In this document: positions 38,201-56,890 of the stretch, in pieces
How the letters are laid out: each line of letters starts with the position of its first letter
How positions within the stretch are numbered: position 1 is the first letter of the stretch
DNA from: the human T2T-CHM13v2.0 reference genome, Homo sapiens
Length of the DNA: 64,000 nucleotides
NCBI RefSeq assembly: GCF_009914755.1
Contig: NC_060933.1
Direction: 5' to 3' (one strand)
The notes under the pieces: model-generated
What the model was told of the DNA's origin: nothing
The model's database searches: none
What the model saw: only the letters and a program-made list of their open reading frames with translations
Position numbers and translations under genes: made by a program

Positions 38201-39532
38201 TTAAGTTAGAATATACATATGATAGAATCTCACTGGCTTAAATTTATGGAAAAGGGAGAGAAGGGGAATGTCACTGAGAAGTATGGATTATTTTAAGTGA
38301 AATGCAGCTTTACTGCATTGAAGTACATTTGGCAATGAGAATCAAGCTAATAATCTTTTAGTTGAATGAACAAGAATGCACTGTAATTTCCTCAAAATTT
38401 GACATCTCCACAAAAGTTATGGTGGAACATAAAATTTAGCCCGGAGTTTCCTGACAGCTAAGACAAAAAGGGAAAACTCTTGGAATATGTATTGCTCATT
38501 GTCAAATAAGAGGAAACACACAATTTTCTGAGCAGGGACACTTTACTGACAGTGTACTGAAGGTAAAGTTATTGCTGTTTATATATTTACTAGTTCAAGT
38601 CAGTTAATTAATTCTCTTATTTTATTGAGCATCCAGTATATGGCCAGGCATTGTGCTAGATATTGGGGTTTATAGACTAATAAGACAAAGTACATATCCT
38701 CAGAAAGCTAACAGTCTATATAAATAAAACAATGCGTAATGATTTTATAAAAGTGCAACTTAATTCAAATGGTATTTTTCTTTTTCTGTATAAACCTGGG
38801 GAGATTACATTAAATCTGAATTTATGAACGTTATTCCTTGGACATTTGAGACAGTAGTTTGAGGACCACACATTCAGCCTAGAGCATGGAGAGTTGGAAA
38901 CAATAGTTTCAATGTTCATTGCACTGTTTTTCTTATATATCAAATATGTAAAACAAATTTTTGGTAAAATTTGGATCCCAGGCTAGTCATGACTTATTTT
39001 TGAGGCATGTGCCTAGGTCTTGAATATTATGTGTTGGTGACTGAAGACTTTAGTACACATTTAGAAAGTTGACTTTCAATTTTCTTGTGAAACTTTGAAG
39101 AGTTCTTGTGGAGTTTTTTTGGGTTTTTCTGCCAAGACATTGGAACAGTCACCATCTGTTCTTCCTGGAACTCATGAGGATCAATAGAAAGGACAATATT
39201 TTTCCCCAGTAAGATCTCTGAATGTACTTGAGCCCTTGGACATGCGCTTGGTTGACTTCCCAGAAATCTGTGCCATATAGCACAGAAAAAGTGATTTGGG
39301 ATAATGTGGTGACATGATTATTAAGGTCAGGAGGCCATACCTTATTCATGCTGCATTTTTATCACATAATATACTGCCTGGTATACAGAGCTCAATAAAT
39401 GTTCGTGGATAGCAGAATAAAGTTAAAAATAGAAGTTAGCACAGTATAGGATTAACCACATTAAATGTTCAAGTAATTCAATTATTTTAATCATTACCGT
39501 ACAAATACAAATCTTGCTCATAAGAAATTTAC

Positions 39533-39862
39533 AGTCTGGGTGCAGTGGTTCATGCCTGTAATCCCAGTACTTTGGGAGGCCAAGGCAGGCAGATCTTATG
39601 AGGTCAGAAGTTCGAGCCTGGCCAGCATGGCAAATCCCCGTCTCTACTAAAAATACAAAAGTTAGCTGGGCATGGTGGCACAAGCCTGTAATTCCAGCTA
39701 CTCAGGATTGAGAGGTTGAGGCACGAGAATTGCTTGAATCCAGGAGGCGAGGTTGCAGCGAGCTGAGATAGCAGCACCACACTCCAACCTGGGTGACACC
39801 AGAGTGTGACTCTATCTCAAAAAATAAAAAAAATAAAAATAAAGAAAGAAAAAGAAAAAATA
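39533..39862 (+). mobile_element. AluS
   Basis: Dimeric Alu with A-rich tail; TSD AAATTTACAGT on both sides. Confidence 0.93.
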
Positions 39863-40064
39863 AATTTACAGTGCTTTTTGGAGGGTGGACATTCAACACT
39901 GTAGAGGGGAATGTACTAAGTAGTGGAGAAGCACAAAATAGAGTAATTAACCTTGCCTCAACAGATTGGGGAAGGCTTTGCACTCTGAAGTAAGATGGCA
40001 TTTGAACTGTATCTTTAAGAACAAGAAAAAATTAATCAGGCAGAGAAAGATGGAAAAGTATTCA

Positions 40065-40485
40065 TTCAGTGCTATTTCAGGTATCTATTGCTGCAATATC
40101 AAACCCCCCAAACATAGTATCTTACCACAACAGTTATTTATTTTGCTCATAAATCTTCGATTTGAGCAGGACTTGACAGTCACAGCTTGTTTCTACTCAG
40201 TGTGGCTTCAGTTGGAGTGGCTGGCTTAGTAAGTTGTTGGCCAGTTGTTGGTTGGCAGATCAACTAGGGCTGCCATCTGGGGTCCTTTCTATGAAACTAC
40301 CTGGGCTTTCTCACAGCATGGCAGAGGGTTTCAGGACCATGTATTCCAGGAGACAGGAAGCAGAAGCTGTGAGCCTCTTAAGGCTAGCACTTAGAAAGAC
40401 AGTATCATTTCTGTGTGTTTGCCCAAAATTAAGAAAATGGGAAAAAGACTCCCAGAATATTGGTGGCCTTCCTTAATATACCACA
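40065..40485 (-). mobile_element. Old MLT1 (K/L-type) LTR
   Basis: TATCTATTGCTGC...TTTTGCTCAT...CCTGGGCTTTCTCACAGCATGGC. Confidence 0.65.
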
Positions 40486-40539
40486 TGTTCAGAGAAAATA
40501 CTGTTATTCATTGCCCACTAAATGCACAATTTGGTCAGA

Positions 40540-41330
40540 GAATATTGAGACATCAGTTGTGGCAAGCAGCGGAACACAAAAGGTTATGATACGGAATGTG
40601 TGGAGATGATTTTGGGAGGGGCACATTTAGGCAAGTTATGAAGAGCTTTTAACACCATATCCTGAGTTTTGCAATTTTTTACCTCCAGATAATTGACCTG
40701 ATTATTTCTGTATTTAGAAAGATCAATAGAGTAGCAATGTGAAGGATCAACTAGAGGTAGGTTGCATTGGAAATAGCATGAATGGGAAGGAGTTCTTGTA
40801 ACAGTTTACGAGAAACATGATGAACTTGGGCAGCAATAAGAGAAAGGGGATAGAAAACAAAGATGGATTCCAGTGAAATTTTAGATATAGATTTAGAGGG
40901 ACCTGGTTGTGCAAATGAAAGTGTAGTTAAGAGATAAGAAAGAACCAGGTGGCCCTGAAGTTTTCAGCTTAAAAAGTGGGAAAAAGTATGGAACACAGAA
41001 AGAAAATCATGTTTGGGAAAAGAATAAAAAGATGATTGGTTTGATTTAGGACACACTTTATTTGAGATACATATGGAATTATTAGGCTACAAATTTTAAT
41101 AAACAAGTGGTTATATGAATAATAAATTCAAAAGAAAGTTCAAGTATGAAACACTTAAATTTGTAGTTATCAAATTCTAAGTAGTAGTCAAAACTAGAGG
41201 AATAAACAAGATCAACAAAAGAGACTATTTTTTAAGATGAGAAGAAACTGGAGATAGAGCCTGGGGAACAAAAAAATTTAAGCATAATGATAACAAGACT
41301 GAAAGAAATGGAGAAGGCATAGTCCAAAGT
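40540..41330 (-). mobile_element. L2 fragment
   Basis: TTTAGAAAGATCA, TTTAGGACACACTTTATTTGAG, AGAGCCTGGGGAACA motifs. Confidence 0.6.
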
Positions 41331-42255
41331 AGGAACATTGCCTTATTGATCCCACTAATCACAATGAGCAAATGCCATATATTTGTCACAGAGAAGGTTG
41401 GGCTAACAATATATTGTTTCCCAAACTACTTTTTATGATCCATATGTTTATTCAAACACGCACAAATGAGGCATACAACTTGTAGGCGTACAACTTGTCT
41501 TAGCTTTCCCAACATTGTACACATGCAGCAGTTTTACAAAAAGGGGTATTCCACGGTTGAAAATGCAGGGACTTTAAAAAAGTTAGTATTGTTCTAAAGC
41601 TGCAACAGCTTTCAGAAAGGAAATAGAGTCTGATGTTTCTTCAAATAAGATCTGTGCAGTTTAAACCTTTTAGAATAGCCATCTTCCTTAAAAAGTTCCT
41701 TTATTTTTTAGCAATCAGAATAACTGATATTTGGCTATGAAGTCACATCTCATCTTTAGACCTGACAAAGTAAGTAAATTGCTCTCAGTCAAAAATTCAG
41801 AAAAAATATCCTTACTTAATTTAAAAGCTTTGTCTAAACTGTTCCATAATTCTTGGAGCATACATTATTGGGAATTAAAATATTGACTTTGAATATTAAT
41901 AATGAAGGCATCTTAAAATTCCTTTTAGTGTTTTCTTTGCCTATTTCTTGTGGAATGCAAAGAGATGATTCCCATTTGGTTCCCTGTGAGCCGCAGAGTC
42001 ATAGAAATAAGAATATCAGCTGTAAGTTGGCAAGTAAATCTGCATGTAAACCACTTTCAACAGAATCTCTCAATCCTATACCACTGGGAGTTATCCTTAC
42101 TAAGAATAAAGCTCACTTTGAATTCGAGTCAGAATCTATGCCTTGCTATGGGGAATGACTGGAAGTGTCTGGACATCAGGTCTGTTGTCAAAGGATGGTG
42201 CGACATAGACGAACTTCCCTGACCCAACTTTAGGAAGTTGTATGACAACAACTAG

Positions 42256-42590
<335 letters not shown>

Positions 42591-42799
42591 TGTGAGCACT
42601 TATTAAAGGGTGAGAAAAAGGAGATATATGGAACTGCTGGCTTGGATGACATGAATAGTTAAAGGAGGTGAGGAATACCACCACTATGAAGGCTGAGGCT
42701 GATATTGTCTTGAGCCAACATTGGAGTAGTGAAGAGGATGGAAGACTTTAAAGTCTCTATCCCTTTATAGTTCCATTCCAAAAGGTCCATTATCAATTC

Positions 42800-43030
42800 T
42801 TAAAATAAGGACTTGCTGAGTTTTAAGGTTTTATGTTCTACTGGGCACTTATTAATGTATTACTTCTTTTTATCTTCATAATTATTCTGTGATGGCACAC
42901 ATTGTCTTTCTCATTTTACCTATGAGAAAAATAAAACTCTGAGGTGAATTAAATTTTTCAAGATGACCAAATTGAGAGAAGATGTAAACTAAGTCTGATT
43001 CCAAAGCTTATGTTCTTTTCACTATGTGAC
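42800..43030 (-). mobile_element. MIR
   Basis: CTCATTTTACCTATGAGAAAA...TCTGATTCCAAAGCTTATGTTCTTTTCACTA. Confidence 0.7.
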
Positions 43031-43586
43031 AATGTCTTTCTAAAGTTTTCCATCCTTATATGCCTAATTCAAAGGGATAACATTTATCAAAGTTTAATTT
43101 ATATACCATAAAATTCACTTATTGTAAATGTGCAGTTCAAGAAGTTTTTAAAAGTGTATTTACAGAGTTGGGCCACTATCACCATAATCTGTTTGGGGCA
43201 TTTAGTGCAAGAAAATATTTAGGGTTATTCGTGATTTGCACCTGTTAAGTGATTAATGACTAATTTTGATTAGGTAAATGAGAAATAGGGTAGGAGATAG
43301 AAACTTCAAGTGGGGCAAGCTTCAGATATTTTGAGATGAATCAGATTTCTTTCTTTCTTTTTTTTAAAAAATTTTTTTTTTATTATACTTTAAGTTTTAG
43401 GGTACATGTGCACATTGTGCAGGTTAGTTACATATGTATACATGTGCCATGCTGGTGCGCTGCACCCACTAACTCGTCATCTAGCATTAGGTGTATCTCC
43501 CAATGCTATCCCTCCCCCCTCCCCCCACCCCACCACAGTCCCCAGAGTGTGATATTCCCCTTCCTGTGTCCATGTGATCTCATTGT

Positions 43587-47414
<3,828 letters not shown>

Positions 47415-47477
47415 TATGATGTTAGCTGGTTATTTTGGTCGTTAGTTGATGCAGTTTCTTCCTAGTCTCGATTGTCT

Positions 47478-48493
47478 TTACATTTTGGCATGGTTTTGCA
47501 GCGGCTGGTACCGGTTGTTCCTTTCCATGTTTAGCGCTTCCTTCAGGAGCTCTTTTAGGGCAGGCCTGGTGGTGACAAAATCTCTCAGCATTTGCTTGTC
47601 TGTAAAGTGTTTTATTTCTCCTTCACTTATGAAGCTTAGTTTGGCTGGATATGAAATTCTGGGTTGAAAATTCTTTTCTTTAAGAATGTTGAATATTGGC
47701 CCCCACTCTCTTCTGGCTTGTAGGGTTTCTGCCGAGAGATCTGCTGTTAGTCTGATGGGCTTCCCTTTGAGGGTAACCCGACCTTTCTCTCTGGCTGTCC
47801 TTAACATTTTTTCCTTCATTTCAACTTTGGTGAATCTGACAATTATGTGTCTTGGAGTTGCTCTTCTCGAGGAGTATTTTGTGGCGTTCTCTGTATTTCC
47901 TGAATCTGAACGTTGGCCTGCCTTGCTAGGTTGGGGAAGTTCTCCTGGATAATATCCTGCCGAGTGTTTTCCAACTTGGTTCCATTCTCCGCATCACTTT
48001 CAGGTACACCAATCAGACGTGAATTTGGTCTTTTCACATAGTCCCATATTTCTTGGAGGCTTTGCTCATTTCTTTTTATTCTTTTTTCTCTAACCTTCCC
48101 TTCTCGCTTCATTTCATTCATTTCATCTTCCATCACTGATACCCTTTCTTCCAGTTGATCACATCGGCTCCTGAGGCTTCTGCATTCTTCACGTAGTTCT
48201 CGAGCCTTGGTTTTCAGCTCCATCAGCTCCTTTAAGCACTTCTCTGTATTGGTTATTCTAGTTATACATTCTTCTAAATTTTTTTCAAAGTTTTCTACTT
48301 CTTTGCCTTTGGTTTGAATGTCCTCCCGTAGCTCAGAGTAATTTGATCGTCTGAAGCCTTCTTCTCTCAGCTCATCAAAATCATTCTCCATCCAGCTTTG
48401 TTCCGTTGCTGGTGAGGAACTGCGTTCCTTTGGAGGAGGAGAGGCGCTCTGCGTTTTAGAGTTTCCAGTTTTTCTGTTCTGTTTTTTCCCCAT
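47478..48493 (-). pseudogene. L1 ORF1 with 1-bp frameshift
   Basis: MGKKQNRK...NHAKM split across two frames; sense CCACAAAATACTCC vs consensus CCACAAAGATACTCC near 47878. Confidence 0.95.
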
Positions 48494-49395
48494 CTTTGTG
48501 GTTTTATCTACTTTTGGTCTTTGATGATGGTGATGTACAGATGGGTTTTCGGTGTGGATGTCCTTTCTGTTTGTTATTTTTCCTTCTAACAGACAGGACC
48601 CTCAGCTGCAGGTCTGTTGGAATACCCTGCCGTGTGAGGTGTCAGTGTGCCCCTGCTGGGGGGTGCCTCCCAGTTAGGCTGCTCGGGGGTCAGGGGTCAG
48701 GGACCCACTTGAGGAGGCAGTCTGCCCGTTCTCAGATCTCCAGCTGCCTGCTGGGAGAACCACTGCTCTCTTCAAAGCTGTCAGACAGGGACATTTAAGT
48801 CTGCAGAGGTTACTGCTGTCTTTTTGTTTGTCTGTGCCCTGCCCCCAGAGGTGGAGCCTACAGAGGCAGGCAGGCCTCCTTGAGCTGTGGTGGGCTCCAC
48901 CCAGTTCGAGCTTCCTGGCTGCTTTGTTTACCTAAGCAAGCCTGGGCAATGGCGGGCGCCCCTCCCCCAGCCTCGCTGCCGCCTTGCAGTTTGATCTCAG
49001 ACTGCTGTGCTAGCAATCAGCGAGATTCCGTGGGCGTGGGACCCTCCAAGCCAGGTGTGGGATATAGTCTCGCGGTGCGCCGTTTTTTAAGCCGGTCTGA
49101 AAAGCGCAATATTCGGGTGGGAGTGACCCGATTTTCCAGGTGCGTCCGTCACCCCTTTCTTTGACTCGGAAAGGGAACTCCCTGACCCCTTGCACTTCCC
49201 AGGTGAGGCAATGCCTCGCCCTGCTTCGGCTCGCGCACGGTGTGCGCACCCACTGGCCTGCGCCCACTGTCTGGCACTCCCTAGTGAGATGAACCCGGTA
49301 CCTCAGATGGAAATGCAGAAATCACCCGTCTTCTGCGTCGCTCACGCTGGGAGCTGTAGTCCGGAACTGTTCCTATTCGGCCATCTTGGCTCCTC
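48494..49395 (-). promoter_or_regulatory. L1 5'UTR: sense promoter, antisense promoter and YY1 site
   Basis: CpG-rich; YY1 motif CAAGATGGCCG intact (49378-49388, minus). Confidence 0.85.
48949..49164 (+). CDS. ORF0: L1 ORF0, intact 71 aa
   Basis: MAGAPPPASLPPCSLISDCC...RCVRHPFL*; strong Kozak GCAATGG; expression unknown. Confidence 0.8.
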   Translation: MAGAPPPASLPPCSLISDCCASNQRDSVGVGPSKPGVGYSLAVRRFLSRSEKRNIRVGVTRFSRCVRHPFL

Positions 49396-50229
49396 TGACC
49401 CAAATGGAATCAGATTTCTTTGAGAGAGAGTGACCTCTCACCTTGTCTATTAGTATAGACAAGAAGGTTACACTAATATGTATTATGTAAAGCCACAATC
49501 CTCTGCTTTATTTCACCTAAACTTTCATTGTACCTTGAATCATATATTTAATCATTCTTTGAAATAAGTTGAAATTATTTCTTATGTGTTCCTTTGCATT
49601 TCCTTGAATTATTTTTATGACAGCCTAAAGAGCTTTGTAAGACAGTAAGTATTGAAGAACATGAATTTAACAGCTAGCCAGAAACTCAAGAACAATAATG
49701 TTCTCATTCCCACAAGGTCATTAAACTATCTGTTTAAACACACACATTTATTTTCTCTGAGTCATGCTTTTCTTTCTTATCTGTAAAATAATGCTGAAAT
49801 AGCTTACCACATGGAAGCACTGTATTTAATACCTAATTTCTTTTGTGTTGTTCTGGCGATTTTCTCAACGTAAGCAGTGGATTATGGTGGATGGGACTTG
49901 ATACTACTTATGTGACCTTAGGACAGGTAATCAGTTTTCGAAGCCTCTGTTTTACATAAATAAAATAAGGTCCTTCTGAAGCTTAAGAAGATAATATAGA
50001 TGAATCTCATTATTTGGTACCTGGCAGATGGTAAGTCCTTGATAAATACTCCTGAATGAACGATTGGGTGAATGAATAGCTGAGTGAGGAATTTCTCTGG
50101 TGCAAAGAATTACTGCAAATATCTCGCTGAACATGCCAGTGAAGTGATTCTGCTGTAGGGAGAAGACTGATAGCTGAGGGGAGGAAGCAAAATGGTGTAG
50201 ATAGAATTAGTTTAGTTGGAAAAAGAGGT

Positions 50230-50470
50230 TGGTAAGTGGAAAAGACAGGAGTAGAGAGACCTGGTTTCACATTCTGGTTCTCTATGAAATGTGAGAACTC
50301 ATGCAGTTTACTTAACCTCACAACTTTAAAGCCTTAGGTTTTTGTTCTGTTCTGTTTTCGTTGTAGAGATGACACTCCTTTTGTATGGTGAAGATGAAAT
50401 AAGTTAGCAAATAGGAAGCACGTGCCACAGAATTTAGCACATTGTAATATTCAGTAAACATGAATTAATT
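50230..50470 (+). mobile_element. MIR
   Basis: GAGTAGAGAGACCTGGTT...TTACTTAACCTC...TCAGTAAACAT. Confidence 0.65.
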
Positions 50471-53400
50471 TTCTCTCTTTTGTCCCCTCCCTTCATTGTG
50501 TACTAAAACTTTTGCTTTGTAGACACTTTGTGACTTTAAAAGAGAAGTACTTGTGACTTTCTGATATGCAGAGATCATAAGCGTTTTGAATTTGAGGGAA
50601 GTGTTGACATTATGGGTGAGCATGGGGACAGTGGTAGAGTTGTTTTGTGAAGTCCCAAACACATTGTGACATTGGGCCAGTGACAACCTTTCACACCATT
50701 AACGTTCTCCTCCTGAAATACAGAAAATAAGAAAGCCATTTCTTGTGAGGATTAAACAAAATGCAGCATTGAAAATAATTTCACAAAGGGCTTGGAACTT
50801 AGTTAAGCCTTCAATAAATATTAATTGCTACTGCTCTTTCCCCAGTTGAATTTTCATATTCACATTGAATTCCCAAAGTTAAAAATGGTTGTTTCGAAAA
50901 TAAAATGACATCAAAACGCAAATACTCAATCTGATTGGAAATAACCACCAATTAAAATCAGTGGAGCATGAGATTAAGGATCCTAAACTCTTTAAATTTG
51001 GGTAGAGAAAGAACTTATGAGTTGAGGCCAACTAATTTTATTTTTTACATCGTACTGGAGACAGATGAAAGCAGCCAACCAACACGTATGCTTTAATTTA
51101 AATTTCACGGTCACCAATATTCAGTATTCTTTCATTTTGTTTTATTGTTCATTTATTGAGTAGGGTGATTTAGTACCTGAATCAATGGGATTGCCCAATG
51201 CCATGGTACATTAACCTTATATAATTTTAAGTGGCAATGTTTAGAGACAGCATTTTCTCTGAAGTCATGTTATTTGACACTGACTTTATATTAAGGGTAT
51301 GAGAGTTACTTAATGATGGAAAGTCCAAAACAGTGATGATCACAAATTCATGTTTCATGTGAAAGGACTTTGTTTTAGTAAAGGGGAAAAGGGGTAAGTC
51401 TCTGCAAAATGTTAGAAGTTATACCCTTTCCCCAGAGTATTTCCTGGTTTTCTACCAGCAAATCAGCCCTCTGAAGTCCAAGTTGTCAGGAAGCCTGTGT
51501 CTCTTGTAAAGTGGGAAGAAACCACTCCACAATTCTGCTATTCTCTAAGCTTAATGAAATGCTAGCAGGCTGCCCTGCTGTTCCCGTATCTTATATTTCC
51601 AGGCCTTGCCACCTGTGCAACAAAAGCAAGCAATCTATTTAGAAGAGTGTTTTTCATTCTCTTAACTCTGAAGGTCTTTATTCTCAGCATGAGATTATTG
51701 CAACAACTTAACAAGCCGTGTTTTCTCCCCCTATTTTCCTTTCTTTTCTTTTTGCACCTATGTCCTTTTAAGTCCATTCAGGCCTTAGGGAAACATTTAG
51801 TACTTAGGCTTTGGTTTTTCAAGCTCAATCGGGTAGAAAATCTAACACAGAATGTGTGCACAAACGATAGCTCTGCACAATAGGGACGAACAAATAGCAC
51901 AAAAAGAAAGGAAGAATATGAGCGTTCAGGGAGCAGGGCTGCACTTGAATTCAATTTTCCAACAGCAGACCTGATGCTTTCTCTCAAGATTCCCAGGTTT
52001 CAAATTGGTCATATACTGTGGGCCAGTTACCTGGACAATGGGGGGAAATGGCAGTCGGTAATTATGATCTTGGTTTCTAGGTTGTTAGGAGACTAATATT
52101 AATCCTGAAATTGTATGAGGAATGTGTTCATCTGGCCATAATTGTATAGTCTTCTTGAAAGCATTTACCAGCAATGCTAATTTAACACAATTCTCCCCAG
52201 GGAAGTATTTTTGAGCTAGTGGGGTTGCCAATTTATTGGTTAACTTAGGACACTTTCTTCAGAGCAGAAATAGCAACAGGAAACTCACAAAAAGATACAG
52301 GTATGTATTTTCATTTTCTATTAGGTGAACAATTCAGTGTAAAGACTAGCAGAGCATGTATTGTTCTTCAAAAAACATAGTGCCTGTGTTTGTTGGCTTG
52401 CAAATGATAGTGAATACTACTCAGTTATATGTAATTAAAAGCATAGTGAGATACTAACACCAGGTGATAATAAAGCTGTTTTCAGAAAATAGATTCAATT
52501 TGAATAAATACATCAAAATGTTATCTTTCACAGTAAAATATCTGTGTGAAAGAGTATTTATCCTATTCTATCTCCCTCCAAATCAAAGCATAGATTATAG
52601 CTGTCTTTTGTTTAGTTTTTTGTTTTGTCTTGTTTGCTGTTTAAAGACAATTATGAACCCCAAGAAATTCTAAAAGTGTTATATATTTAGAGACAAGATA
52701 AAATATCCTTAAGCATTTGCTTAAGCTTGCTTTGTAAAATGATTTTTATTGTTCACAATGAAGATTATTTCATTCTTCCTTTTGTTCTTCTTCAGTGTGC
52801 TTATTTCATCATGTTTGCTGGACAAAGTCATATGTACAATTATTACATATTGGTAATAAATAAGAGCCTCAAAAAGTCAAGTTTCTAAATTGTGGGGAAA
52901 AATCTTAGTAGGTTTTATTTTTGAGGCTGTATTTTTGAGATTTATGGAAGGTAATATGAAAGTAGGTAATAATTTCATTGATTAGGAACAACTCTTAAAT
53001 ATGATTGGTTAACAGTATAATAGTCTCACAAATTTTATAGCTGTTGTGTTGGAAGATAAACATATAAATATTCTCAAAAATAGTTTGCTTTATCTACGTG
53101 ATTGTGATATTCAGTTTGTCTATAACTGATGATGATAATTGACATCTTAATAATAAACAAATGGAATAGTGGGGATAGAATATTAATATAGCCACCGAAA
53201 CAAATGATCCAAAATACTTGAAAACATTATGAAATGCTTTTAAATCCCAATGAGCTGTTTTAAATATCAAAATATATATGTTAGATTAAAGTTGCCAACA
53301 TAATTTTTCATGCAGACAGCTGAAAGTTTGTATAGCAAGTTGATCTGAAGAGTTGGGTAAGGTTTCAAACCTGTTGTTTCTTTTAGGGAGTAGGTGTGCA

Positions 53401-53829
53401 ATAAATACTTGGGAAAGTAGAATTGGCCCCATCTTTTAGATATGGTCCATTCATGATAAAGCTGGATTCTACTCTGTGTGTTGGTGTTCCTAGAAAACTG
53501 CATAAGGAACAGATGTAGTCACATGTGTTTTGTCATTAAATAATTCAACATGCTGTTTATGGCCAATACTCCAAATCCAAATGATAAGAATCAGTTAGAT
53601 ATTCATCAAGATGAAAATAACAGCTTGAGTTGACATCTGAAATAAAATAAAAAGATACCATAACAATTTGGTGTAATTATGACTGATACCCCTCAGCTTA
53701 CTTGAAGTGTATTTTACATGTCAGTGTATGTTGTTATCGTTTACTTGGTCATAAATGGTAGGAATCTAAGAATTATGTTGCCTACTTCCCATTCCCAAGC
53801 CACCATTCCTAGTTTGTCATCTAGTTCTT

Positions 53830-54515
53830 GAATTTTAATTCAAAACCTACTTTTCCTCTTCCCACTCACACTCAGTTCAGTGTCTTATCTCAGTGCAATG
53901 GCCTTTTAACTAGCCTCCTGTCTCCATTCTAGTAATCTCAATCCTATAGTGAACACTGCTCCTAGAATAATCCTTCCAAAAATACAGAAATTATTTCCTT
54001 AATTTTAAATCTTGATGTCTCCCCGTTGTGTATAGAATCAGGTATAAACTCCTTAATGAGTCACCAAGATCCTGCATCAGGACCAAGCCTGCCTTCCAGG
54101 ATCATGAACCACCTTCCCCCTCCACAAACCCTACACTTCTGTTGTATTTCTCTGAACATATTTTATGCTTTCTTATCTTTGAGCCTTAGATTTGCCTTTT
54201 ATTCTTTCTGGATTGACTTTTCTCTCCTTTACGCAGAGAATTCACATTCATCCTTCAAAGTCTTCCAAAATATCACTTCCATATAAATTATCTTCCTTGA
54301 TTCCCTCAGATAGAAAGGCAATCAACTGGTCTCATGGGTTAAATTTATATACCTATACTATAAGATTTAGTATTATTTTTTAGTATTTGCTACATCATGA
54401 GAATGAGCTCCTTGAGAGAAGAAACTGAGTTTTATTTATTTTTATGTTCCATTACCTAGCTTAGAGCCTAGCACATATTGAATGCTCAGTAATCATTTGT
54501 TGAATGGATGGATAA
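53830..54515 (+). mobile_element. L2 3' part
   Basis: GAATGAGCTCCTTGAG...CCTAGCACATATTGAATGCTCAGTAATCATTTGTTGAATGGATG. Confidence 0.8.
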
Positions 54516-54555
54516 ATTAAAAGCAACTAGAATCATTCTACACTAAATAAAATTA

Positions 54556-54894
<339 letters not shown>

Positions 54895-54999
54895 TCATGC
54901 TGTCTTCTAACTACCCTTGGTGCCACCCAAGCCTCTCTTTCTTAATGGAGAACTTACGAGTCCAGGAGTTTGATTCCTCTTATTTCTCTCAAACTTAAT

Positions 55000-55265
55000 T
55001 GCAGTGAAATGTAGTTAAAAGCTTGGGGATCCAACTAACTGCAATCAAATCCTGCCCCCAGGTTTTACAAGCTGTGTAACTCTGTTTAAGTTATTTAACA
55101 TTTTTGTGCCTTAGTTTACTCATCTGTAGTATGTTTGATTACGTAACCAATATCATACAATTGTGATTAAAAATTAAATGAGTCAATGCATATGAAGCAG
55201 CCAGAATTGTGCCTGGCATGTCCTTAATACATTTCAGCAATTTTTAGCCATTTTAATTATTAGTT
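55000..55265 (+). mobile_element. MIR
   Basis: AGCTGTGTAACT...GCCTTAGTTTACTCATCTGTA...ATTAAATGAG...GTGCCTGGCA. Confidence 0.8.
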
Positions 55266-56890
55266 CTGGGTCTCAGTTACCCAGGGATTTGTTGATCAGT
55301 GACTAGTTGGTTTTACAAATGCACTCCTATTGAGATCTTCATGACTGAGAATATGATGTTTTCTCTTTCTTCATGATGTTTGCATTTGAATTGTTTTAAT
55401 GAGACATGCCAAAGATACAGTTAATTTGTGGGAATTTTGAGCACTATAAAGGTTTTTAGATGAGCTTACTGAATGAGTTTTTTCCCATAAAATCACAATT
55501 TCCAACTTTAAGCATTTCCTGAAGATTCTGTCTTTGCTCTAGATGAAGGTAGGTACTAAGGGCTAAAAGAAAGAATAGAAGAAGAAAGATAAGATCCTAC
55601 TAAACATAGTACAAACAATTTTTAATCTAACAAACAATATGAAAGGTTATGCAAGGTTGGCCTTTAAATACTGTAGAAACTCAGAAAGGTCACATAGTTT
55701 GGGATAGTCATTAAAACCTTTTTGGATGAGGCATGTTAAAAGAGAACTATTACTAATAGATAGAGTTAGGATGGATTGAAAAGAGACACAGATAAAAGAA
55801 AAGACACAGAATAGATTGTAGGTAATTGTCTATTAAATGTATGAGCACTGCTGCTAATAGAATCTCTGAGGGTACATTGCAGTTCCTATGTCTCATTCAA
55901 AAGTTTTAGGATGAAATACCATTGCTTATCTACCTACTGCCTTCACATATCAAATGGTAGTTACTGCAGTGGGACTATAAAGAGTGGCAAACTTCATGCA
56001 AAGAATATTATACAGAGCATGCATTCATGTTTTGTTGTTGGTGGATAGAGTAGTTAGGAGAAGAGGGATGGAGTTTCTGTAATTTCTTTTCAGAGGCCCC
56101 TTCCAACTCTGAAATGATGATTGTCTGATAATAAAGGTTTACAGTACTATGCTGTGATTTCTCTGGACATAGATTGCATTTTTGCATACTAGTTCAAAAG
56201 GGTCTTCATGTGTTCTTTGTTAGGACTTTTACCTTCCTCATCTCCTAAGGATAATCTATGAGTGCAAAACAACTCTGGAAATTAGCATTTATTTCTAAAG
56301 AATTACTTGAGCAACTAATGTGAGTAGGCTTTTGTATGTCTGTAGCTGCTGGAAGTCCTTTAATCATCAGGAAATGCCCTACGTATCCATCAATATTCCT
56401 TGAAAAGTTTGATTTTCAAGATCCATTAATGAATGAAAGGAGCATCTAGGTCTTCCATGATTTGGGCCTCATATGTGATTCTGTTTGTAGTAGACAATTT
56501 CTCTCATCGATGTAGGGAATGTCTTTGATAGTGTAATGACAAAATCACATTGCATCATATTTTTTATTTCAAATGACATTCTGATTTCCTTTAAACATTC
56601 TTATTAGTTTTGGAATTAGCATAAACTGATAGCCTTATATTAGGCATCTGAAAAATCTATTGTAGTATGAGTATTACCAGTGAGATAAAGCAGGACAAGG
56701 CATGTGGCCCACTATCACAAAGAAGCGTGTCACAATCTTTAACTTACAAGAAAGAATATAAAGATAATGTTTCTCATTTATCCATACTTAAAGATTAAGT
56801 TTGAGCTGTTTTTATGATTACATATATATGACAGAAAACTATTTAAGGACACTGGTTTGCAAGTCGGGCAGCCCTGGGTTTGAGTCCTAT

